Positions 1-23,000 of a DNA stretch of 27,218 nt are shown here, piece after piece. Under the pieces are notes generated by a model. The model did not search any database and was not told the DNA's origin. It saw only the letters and a program-made list of their open reading frames with translations. Every line of letters starts with the position of its first letter. The stretch's first letter is position 1. Position numbers and translations under genes: made by a program. Source of the DNA: Macrostomum lignano (lineage: Eukaryota); NCBI GenBank assembly GCA_002269645.1, contig NIVC01000724.1, positions 1-27,218 on the forward strand. The letters are read 5' to 3'.

Positions 1-12422
<12,422 letters not shown>

Positions 12423-12439
12423 TTCTAACTGGCAACATG

Positions 12440-13100
12440 GCACGCTTGCGAGAGGCCGCTCTACTTCGAAATCACTTGCCCGGCCACCTCCCGGCTTCTT
12501 TTAGTAGAGGAGAGAAGGGTGGAAATGTTTTTTAAAAGCCGCACAGAGAAGGGGGAACCTGCCCGGTTGGCCAGGGAGAGGGGAGGAGCCGGCGGCCTTG
12601 AGGTGGTCCAGTTGGTCCGGCGATTGGCTGGCAGACGGACAGCCGCAAACATGCAACAGACAGGCGGACAAAGAATTCACAGACTGGCCTGTTCGCTGGG
12701 TCTTTTTTCTGTCTGTATTCGGTAATTTCTGCTCAATATAAATCTGCTCGTTGATTTTTCTTTTACCTTTTTCTCTACTAAATGACCATGTCAAATTAGA
12801 GAATTTGGAGAATTACTGCTCCGTAGATAGAAGCCATTTATTTTAGTTACGAAAACGTGCCACACTATGCTGTCCGCAAGCGGCCACTGTACTGCCGGCC
12901 GTGCCAGGTGGGGTGGGGGCCGCCCGAGCCCCTGCGCCCGGGCCAATGGACCGCCAGACCAATCAGTGGCTCTCGGTCGGTCCAGGGGAAGGGGCAGGGC
13001 AGGGGACCCCGTCGACGCCACTTCCCCAAGGCAGCTTTTTCCCTCCAAAGTCTTCCCAGCCATTTTTTTGGTCTTATCATTGGTCAGGTGGCCGAGTGGG
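12440..13100 (-). promoter_or_regulatory. probable promoter / 5' UTR region of the bcl11-like gene
   Basis: GC-rich unique sequence directly upstream of exon 1, with several CCAAT motifs on both strands (about 12623, 12944, 12959, 13079). It is bounded by the (TAGA)n array. The TSS cannot be determined from sequence. Confidence 0.35.
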
Positions 13101-13216
13101 AGGAGGCGGGGGAGATAAAACGATACGGGAAGGTGGGTGCTCCGGCGGACAGAGAGAGACACATACTACTATACTAGGTGGGTCCAGTAGCATGTGACAA
13201 ATATATGCAAATTAAC

Positions 13217-13691
<475 letters not shown>

Positions 13692-14384
13692 AAGCTCATA
13701 CTGCATCCGGTTTACCAGGTGGCCCCCAGGTGTGAAGCGCGTGTCACCCCGGTTCCGCATGCAGTCTTCGCTCCTTACTCCCCTATTTTCTCTCATCGGC
13801 AATCCTCCGACAACAATGAACCAAGAGGATTTTCAAGAATTATAAATTAGCTCTCAGATTTGGCAAGGCACCCATTGTCCTCAATGATAGGCGGGGCTCG
13901 GAGTCACTCGAGTTTGAAGGTCGCTCAGCTTCTTAAGCGCACTTATGAATCGCCCAGAGCATCAAATCTGCCCCGCAACCCTCAGCTCGACCCTGCAATT
14001 TTATTTTTTAACCAGTGATCTTAATAATGAAAAAAATGGACGGCTCAATTAAAAATGTAGTTGCCATGCCGCACCAGCGATAGTTCACAGGAGTCGTCTT
14101 CCTTTTTGTTGCAACGCAAAACCGTGACTTCGCTTCTGACCCCAAAATCTGCTTTCCACAATGCTCAGACCGAATCGCCTCGGGGTGGCTTTTAATAGTC
14201 GCTCGGGTCGCTCGTAGAGCAGATGTTGAAGCCCGTTATTCCGAATTTATATTTCATTGATGCACTGAGCTGGCCAGAGAAGTTCTACCTCGCTATTCTC
14301 CTTTTTCTCTACTTACCGTCTCACCATTTCTCACTACACAGCTGGTTGTTCTCCCGCCCTGTGTCTTCTCTTTTCTCTTCCCAC

Positions 14385-15110
14385 TCCACCATCTCTCCCT
14401 CTCCATTTTCTCTCTTCCTCTCTTCCCTCTCTCCCACTCTCCCACTCTCCACTTCTCTCCCACTCTCCCCCTCTCCACCTCTCTCCCACTCTCCCCCTCT
14501 CCACCTCTCTCCCACTCTCCCCCTCTCCACCTCTCTCCCACTCTCCCCCTCTCCACCTCTCTCCCACTCTCCCCCTCTCCACCTCTCTCCCACTCTCCCC
14601 TCTCCACCTCTCTCCCACTCTCCCCCTCTCCACCTCTCTCCCACTCTCCCCCTCTCCACCTCTCTCCCACTCTCCCCCTCTCCACCTCTCTCCCACTCTC
14701 CCCCTCTCCACCTCTCTCCCACTCTCCCCCTCTCCACCTCTCTCCCACTCTCCCCCTCTCCACCTCTCTCCCACTCTCCCCCTCTCCACCTCTCTCCCAC
14801 TCTCCCCCTCTCCACCTCTCTCCCACTCTCCCCCTCTCCACCTCTCTCCCACTCTCCCCCTCTCCACCTCTCTCCCACTCTCCCCCTCTCCACCTCTCTC
14901 CCACTCTCCACCTCTCTCCCACTCTCTACCTCTCTCCCACTCTCCCCCTCTCTCCCACTCTCCAACTCTCTCCCTCTCTCCTACTCTCCCACTCTCCCAC
15001 TCTCCTCCTGTCTCCCACTCTTCCACTCTCCCACTCTCCCCTCTCCCCTCTCCCCCACTCTTTTTCTACCTAGTCTTCCTATCTCTTCCTCTTAGCTCTC
15101 TGCCTCACTC
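14385..15110. repeat. 26-bp polypyrimidine-rich minisatellite (CTCTCCCACTCTCCCCCTCTCCACCT) with CT-rich degenerate flanks
   Basis: cactctcc recurs at 14461, 14487 and 14513. Confidence 0.95.
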
Positions 15111-15769
15111 TCTCGTCGCCTCTCTCCCCTAGCTCTCTCATATCCGTCTTCTGTCTGTTCCTCTGAGTGCGACTTCGGTACGATCCTGCAGCCAGCAGTC
15201 AGATCTTTCTTCTCTTCACTCGCTGAGCTGAAAGAGCTGAACTCTTACCGCTCGTACGAGTAGTCTCTAGAAAAAGCTGTGCTCGGTTTAACATTGAAGT
15301 GTCAAAAAAACGTAAGCGCTTCTCTTTCTTAACGCTCTCCTCTTTTTTAGTCAGCGAAACAATAAACTGAGAGACTGGTTCAGACCAGAGGAACAAATTC
15401 TAACTACGAGTACAATGACAGCTTTGTGGGCGAAACTCTAAAGAAAAGGTTGTCAACTGTCAAGTCAAGTGTCCAAGCTTTTCTGGTATTGTATTTTTTA
15501 AACAAAAAAAGTTTGCACGGGCGCTGGGACACTCGATGATATTGATCCCACACTGGTCCGCTCTCGGTCCAGTGAGTTTTGGATTGCCCATCAGAGTCAT
15601 CAAGTGAGCTTTGTGCGAACATGGGGTTTATATATGTTTATATATTTAATTTTAATATTCTGTCTGCTCTAACCAGCTAGGAATACTACTGTGAGTAGAA
15701 ATATAGTCATGGGTATAAAAAATATAAACGATAGTTTATCCGAAGAAATAGGTGCTGCTGGTCAAAGTG

Positions 15770-16730
15770 TATATCTGTCTAATTGTTTGTCTAAGTGTCT
15801 GTCTAGTGTCTTTCTAAGTGTATTAATGTCTGCCTTGGTGCCTCTCTCAGTGTCTAAGGGTGCTAGTGTCTGTCTTAATGTCTGTCTTAGTGCCTGTCTT
15901 AGTGTCTGTATTAGTGTCTGTCTTAGTGCCTGTCTTAGTGTCCGCCTCAATGTCTGTTCTAATGTCTCAGTGTCTGTCTTAGTACCTTTTATGTCTTAGT
16001 GTCTTTCTAAGGGTCTGTCTTAGTGTCTTTCTAAGTGTCTGTCTAAGTGTCTGTCTCAGTGTCTGTCTCAGTGTCTTTCTAAGTGTCTGTCTCAGTGTCT
16101 GTCTCAGTGTCTGTCTCAGTGTCTGTCTCAGTGCCTGTCTCAGTGCCTGTCTCAGTGCCTGTCTCAGTGCCTGTCTCAGTGTCTGTCTCAGTGTCTGCCT
16201 GTCTCAGTGCCTGTCTCAGTGCCTGTCTCAGTGCCTGTCTCAGTGCCTGTCTCAGTGCCTGTCTCAGTGCCTGTCTCAGTGCCTGTCTCAGTGTCTGTCT
16301 CAGTGTCTGCCTGTCTCAGTGCCTGTCTCAGTGCCTGTCTCAGTGTCTGCCTGTCTCAGTGCCTGTCTCAGTGCCTGTCTCAGTGCCTGTCTCAGTGCCT
16401 GTCTCAGTGTCTGTCTCAGTGTCTGCCTGTCTCAGTGCCTGTCTCAGTGCCTGTCTCAGTGCCTGTCTCAGTGCCTGTCTCAGTGTCTGTCTCAGTGTCT
16501 GCCTGTCTCAGTGCCTGTCTCAGTGCCTGTCTCAGTGTCTGCCTGTCTCAGTGCCTGTCTCAGTGCCTGTCTCAGTGCCTGTCTCAGTGCCTGTCTCAGT
16601 GCCTGTCTCAGTGTCTGTCTCAGTGTCTGCCTGTCTCAGTGCCTGTCTCAGTGCCTGTCTCAGTGCCTGTCTCAGTGCCTGTCTCAGTGCCTGTCTCAGT
16701 GCCTGTCTCAGTGCCTGTCTCAGTGTCTTT
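15770..16730. repeat. 12-bp minisatellite (GTCTCAGTGYCT, with 16-bp variants); degenerate on the left and homogeneous on the right
   Basis: Seen directly; starts about 15 bp beyond the iGluR stop codon. Confidence 0.97.
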
Positions 16731-16745
16731 CTGTCTATCAGCCTG

Positions 16746-17016
16746 TCAGTACAGCACGCAGTCGGCGGGCTGTCGGTGCCCCAGCCGAGTCCAGGCCAGC
16801 TCCATCAGTAGGATGCAGACTCCGATGCTGTACAGACCGCCCACCAGCAGCAGGCAGCCGCCCACCCTGTCCAGTCCGATGGATGCCGCTTCGGTCGCTG
16901 CAGCGCCGCTGCCCCCGCCGCTGCTCACATCGCAGCCGTCGCCCCTGGACTTGGCGAAGTCCACATACTCGTCCAGCAGTTTCTGCAGCAGCCCTGACTC
17001 GCGCAACTTCTGCAGA
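16746..17016 (-). CDS. iGluR exon 12 (S2 end, M4, short tail, stop)
   Basis: ctgcag| acceptor, phase 2; reads LQKLRESGLLQKLLDEY...GC...ASIGLDRVGGCLLLVGGLYSIGVCILLMELAW...DCVLY, with TGA at 16748-16746. Confidence 0.9.
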
Positions 17017-20000
17017 CTGCAGGTTTTTTGGGGGGCTCGCTTTCGCTCTTCCAGAAGAAGTACAAGTAATTGGTAAGCCCTAATTACCGAAATCGACTTC
17101 CCTAATTCCCCCTAATCGACTTCCCTAATTCCCCCTAATCGACTTCCCTAATTCCCCCTAATCGACTTCCCTGATTCTCCCTAATCGACTTCCCTATTCC
17201 ACCCTAATCGACTTCCCTGATTCCCCCTAATCGACTTCCCTGATTCCCCCTAATCGACTTCCCTGATTGCCCCTAATCGACTTCCCTGATTCCCCCTAAT
17301 CGACTCCCTAATTCCCCCTAATCGACTCCCTAATTTCCCCTAATCGACTTCCCTAATCCACCCTAATCGACTTCCCTAATTCCCCTAATCGACTTCCCTG
17401 ATTTCCCCTAATCGACTTCCCTAATTCCCCGAATCGACTTCCCTAATTTCCCTTAATCGACTAATCGACTTTCCCAATTTCCCACTCGTCTCATCAATTC
17501 TCCTGCACGAGCTCCCCTATTATCGCTCTCACTGGAAGTCCATCAGTTCTGAGTACACAGCATCCTCAGGGTACATATAGGCTAGGCTGGCCCTGTTGAA
17601 CTGCTCCTTGGCCAGGTAGAACTCTGAGCAGCTGCGACTAGCAAAGACCATCAAGAAGGTGTAGTCTCCGATGCAGGCTCGCTCCTTTGATTCCATCTGT
17701 GAGAAAAATTTCATTGATTTTTTGTTGGATTTAACAGAGATTACTGCATCGGATAGCTGAAAGTGCTAGAAATCCGAAGACTTGGAGAATCCCATATAAG
17801 AGTCTGAGTTTTTGGAGTATTTCATCACTGAGATCATGAGAGTCTCAACATTGAGATCACGAGAGTCCAAACATTGAGATAATGAGAATCTCAACGTCTC
17901 ACTGGTGAGCTCATGAGAATCTCAGAACTGAGATCATGAGAATATCAGAACTGAAATCATGAGAATCTCAACATTGAGATCATGAGAGCTCAACATTGAG
18001 ATCACGAGAGTCTAAACATTGAGATAATGAGAATCTTAACAGCTCACTGGTGAGCTCATGAGAATCTCAATGGTGTGATAATGAGAATCTCAAGGGTGAG
18101 ATCGTGAGAATCTCACAACTGAGATCATGAGAATTTCAGAACTGAGATCATGAGAACTTCAAGCGTGAGATCATGAGAATCTCAGAACTGAGATCATGAG
18201 AATCTCAACGTCTCACTGGTGAGATCATGAGAATCTCAACATCTTACTGGTGTGATCGCAACACGAGACCATGAGAATCTCAACACTGAGACCGAGAATC
18301 TCAACTTTGTTGACTTTCATCATGTTTAGTTTCTATAAAACAAAACAGCGATCTCACCTCATCCATGCATTTCCGACCAGACTCTACCGGTATCACGGTA
18401 TCGCCGACCTGCTTGTAAACGCCAGATTTTGCTTCCTTAAATAGCGAGTGAGAATTCGTATCGACAATGACCATCGGCTTGATGGCGGACTGAGCCACCA
18501 GCTCATCCAGGGTCTCGATTGACTTGGCCACGGTGTTTACAGTCAGGTGTGACGTTAAATCAGCTGCAGATGAATTTGCAGATATTATAATACTTTCAAA
18601 TCACTGATAGCTCATCCTCAGATGTAATCATTCCCGTGTACACCCCAAAGCATAGATAACTCATTCCCGTGTACACCCCAAAGCATAGATAACTCATTCT
18701 CATGTACACTCCAAAGCATAGATAACTCATTCCCGTGTACACCCCAAAGCATAGATAACTCATTCCCGTGTACACCCCAAAGCATAGGTAACTCATTCCC
18801 GTGTACACTCCAAAGCATAGATAACTCATTCTCGTGTACACTCCAAAGCATAGATAGCTCAAACCCGTGTACACCCCAAACCATAGATAGCTTAAACCCA
18901 TGTACACCCCAAACAATACAGTGTAGATAATTCCTCTGTGTACATTTCAAACCATAGATAATTCCTCCGTGTACACCCCAAACCATAGATAATTCCTACG
19001 TGTACACCCCAAACCATAGATAATTCATTCCGTGTACACCCCAAACCATAGATAGCTCAAACGCGTGTTCACCCCAAACCATAGAATACACCCAATACCC
19101 ATTCCAATAACCCCTCAGCTCATGAATTCATCCGCTTTCTCACCCCTCACGATCTCAAGTCTTACCCGTGAAAGCGCAGTAGATAATCACGGTAAATATC
19201 CACCAGAAAGCCATGGCAGTCCGGGCAGACACAGCGAATGGATAGAAGTCCTGGCCTTGCTGCATAAAACTGCCAATCGCACTCCACAGATACTCCTGCA
19301 GCCAGACCTCGTCGGCGATAGAAAACTCAAGACCGAGATTGTACGCCGAGAATGGAGAGAAATAAGCAAAAAACCAGACGGAGATTGCGCAAAACGCAAT
19401 GGACGCTACTAACAGTAGCCAGATTAGGATGCCAAATGATTGAAAGGCATTCCACAGTCGGGGCGGCGGCCGCGGCCGAGGCAGCATCATACCGGTCGAC
19501 TCCTCCATCAGTGGCACCGAGAATTCAATCACCGTTTGCCGAGCAGCCGTCATCGTGAAGTGCCCGGCGGCCAGGGTCACAAGCTGCAACAGTGACACAG
19601 CTACCTAAACTCCAGGTCAGGCTACAGAACACCCCAGACCCCCTGCAGACTACTCACGCCTTTCTGCAGCTCTCCAACACAGCCGGAAAAGATGCTTGAG
19701 TTCGGCAGTGGAGCGCCCCATTTATTGTCGTCAGAACGTTTCGCAATGAAACTTGAGGAGATGGATATTTTGCATGGATTTTGTATTGATGAGGTAGCCT
19801 CAATTCTTAGTTTTTGGTCAACAGATACCTGAGCGACACCGTACACACTCCATGAGCAGCCAGTCTCTGACCGACACCGCACACACTCCATGAGCAGCCA
19901 GTCTCTGACCGACACCGCACACACTCCATGAGCAGCCAGTCTCTGACCGACACCGCGCGCACTCCATGAGCAGCCAGTCTCTGACCGACACCGCGCGCAC

Positions 20001-23000
20001 TCCATGAGCAGTCAGCCCCCGCCAACACTTACCGGAAGTCCATTTTCTCAGCCAGCATGTTTAGCACGGATGCTGTGAAGCCAGAAAATTTGGCGCTGCT
20101 GTCCTACAAAGAGTATTTTTGCGGTTTGGCGGCGTGAATATTGACACAACGTTAAAATTTATTTCTCTCAGCAACACCCGACTTACCGCAGGTGCCTCGG
20201 GTGCGCAAATGGTGATGGTCTCGTTCTTGAAGCCCAGAAAGGTGTTGGGGAAGACCAGCTGCTCAGACCGGTAGCTGAACAGTTTGCTCAGCTCACCGCT
20301 GGACACGTCGAACGCGGCTGATCGAAGGAACTCCAGCGGTGAGGACTTCAACTTGTTGTAAGAAGCGACCAGCTCTAGACCCTGCGAGTCGAGGTGTCTG
20401 GTGCTGGCGTTGAAGGACGTCCGACCTTTCAGCTGTGAAATGGTGAACAGGTATGAGTAGGTATTTGACTCGACTATTCAGTCCTGGTAATCTAGCGAAG
20501 CTTCAATCTATATAGCTCAGTTGGCTCACAGCGATCAGTTTAGTCATCACGGAGCTACCGTTGCTCCAGGGTTGCAGAGGCAGACAGGAGGCATTGCTGG
20601 GCTGGAATCCGGGCAACAGCAGCGACTGGTTCAGCGCGGCAGCCACAGCTTCCACAGCCTCAACGAATCGAACGTCCAGGGTCTGCGGATCAAGTCAAGC
20701 TCGCATTTTTACTAAATTTGCGCAAAGTCAACAATTGATCTCTAAGACTTAGAGAATGATACATCATTCACATCTTTAAGCCTCAAACACTTTTGCATCT
20801 TAAAACAAAATTTGTCCTGACGCTTTTTATCTTTAGGAAATCCTTTCATCCTTGACGCACGCGTTTCGACACTCCTGTTCACATCATGTGCCGTTGAAAA
20901 CTACGGAAACTGTTGGCATTCGGGTTCTTGACACTTTCAACTTCAGTGTTACGAGCTGCATCATGTTACTTAATATACCAAATAATGTGACCTGTTGGGC
21001 CGTTGGCGACACCAGCTGGCAGGCAACATCATCCGCACCGAGTCGTACATGTACTGCCCACAGCGTGGTGCAGTAGGTGCTGCTGCTGAGGATCTCACAT
21101 CCTTGATGCAATCCTCAGACACTGCTGTATCTCACACCCTTGATGCAATCCTCAGACACTGCTGCACCTCACATCCTTGATGCAATCCTCAGACATTACT
21201 GCATCTCACATCCTTGATGCAATCCTCAGACATTACTGCATCTCACATCCTTGATGCAATCTTCAGACATTACTGCATCTCACATCCTTGATGCAATCCT
21301 CAGACATTACTGCATCTCACATCCTTGATGCAATCCTCAGACACTGCTGCATCCATAACGTCCATTGCCATCTCGAGTCCTTACTCCCAGCTCACCCGCA
21401 AGCTCCGGCCGTCTCCAACTTCAAGCAGGTCCGTGCAGGCGGTTGAGCACTCGGCCGTGGCTCCTCTGAGCAGCGCCACATTGGCGCCAGCCGAGGCGGC
21501 CAGCGAAGCCGCCAGCGGGCCCGTGGAGAGGCCGCCGCCGTCCAGCAGCAGCCAGAAATAATTCTGCCCGAGCACCGCCGCGTCGGCCGCACGTCGCAGC
21601 GTTTCGATCGCGTTGGCCGGCGTTGCCAATAGCAACAGACGGCGGACTCGCTTGCGGACGAGGCTGCGCAGACGCGACGTCAGGTTGGAGGAGGCCGTAG
21701 CTGTTGAGTCGAGCTGCAGGGCGAAGCTGCCGACTCCAACTCGAGACAGGCGGGACTGCAGCCGCTCCAGCACTGGCTGACCTAATGTTTCATAAAATAA
21801 AGCATAAATTCAGCGTCATATTTTTACTGCTAAATAATTGGCTTCATATACTGAATCTCAACTCTGCTCCCTATCGAAGAGAATCGCGGCCTGGCTGTTC
21901 CGCGATGAGCTGCCAGTGCCAGCTGACTGGATGGCCGCCACGGCTGCCGAGATGAAGTCCCGACTTGAATGCATGCCGAACAGGACAGAACTGCCGTCTG
22001 AAGTGTGAGAAAGTCTGTTGATAGCTAATAATGTCTTTTGGAGTCAGTCGAAATCTCTTGTAAGCATCGACAGCGTTTCGCAAAAAATCAAAGGAATCAG
22101 CTTTTAAAAATTTGACTAATGGCCCTTCTAGATTTCTGGATATCACTGTAATCAGTGGAGCTAAGCTTAGAGTAAAGTATTAGATTTCTAATATATCAAA
22201 CAGTCTTTCACTTCGAAATCAGAGAATCTCCCCCTGAAATTTAAGAATCTCACCTTGAAATTTGAGAATCTCACCTCGAAATCCGAGAATATCACCTCGA
22301 AATCTAAGAATCTCACCTTGCAATTTAAGAATCTCACCTTAAAACCTAAGAATCCCACCTCGAAATCTAAGAATATCACCTTTAAATCTTAGAATCTCAC
22401 CTCGAAATCTATTATTCCTACCTCACATCTTATATTAGAATTATCTAGAATCTTAAATTTTAAAAAGACTCCCCCAAAAAGTCTCAAAGAGGCTCTCTAG
22501 TAGGTGGCTCACCAGTCCAGTCGCACCCCAGCTCGGAGGGCAGGGCCAGCAGAGGCACCCGCAAAGACTCGGCCAGGGGAGTCACCTGCCTGAGCAGGCG
22601 ACAACGGCCGGTGGCAATAATTGCTGAGAGATTCCGCTCGCTGCACACTGTGAGGTTGAAAATGTGTCTTTGTACATACTATGGACATGTACTGTCTATG
22701 GACACAAGCTGTACCGCCTGTGGACATAAGCTGTACTGTCTATAGACACGGACTGTATTGTCTATGGACACAAAATGGACACAAACTGTACTGTCTGTGA
22801 ACACAAACTGTACTGTCATTAGACAAACTGTGCTGTCTGTAGACACAAGCTGTACTGTCGATGGACACAAGTTGTACCGTTTATAGACACAAACTGCACT
22901 GTCTGTCGACACAAACTGCACTGTGTATAGGCAAAAACTGCGCTGTTAGTAGACACAAACTGGACGCATACTGGACTGTCTATAGACACAAACTGTACTG

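Noticed and set aside
15249-15268. 18-nt minus-strand microexon-like stretch (ttttctag|AGACTACTCGTACGAGCG|gtaaga)
   Set aside because: It lies between the iGluR stop and the bcl11 promoter with no assignable gene, and such matches arise by chance.
16749-16760. C-terminal CVLY as a CaaX or PDZ motif
   Set aside because: Tyr is not a typical CaaX terminal residue, and the PDZ match is too weak to claim from sequence alone.
20979-21085. Possible extra iGluR exon containing YMYDSV (similar to the ATD ALMYDAV motif)
   Set aside because: It is 107 nt, would break the frame between two phase-0 junctions unless a base is missing, and has a weak donor. Exon 5 already supplies the equivalent motif (FVEAV), and the ATD length is normal without it. 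RNA-seq junctions could revive it.
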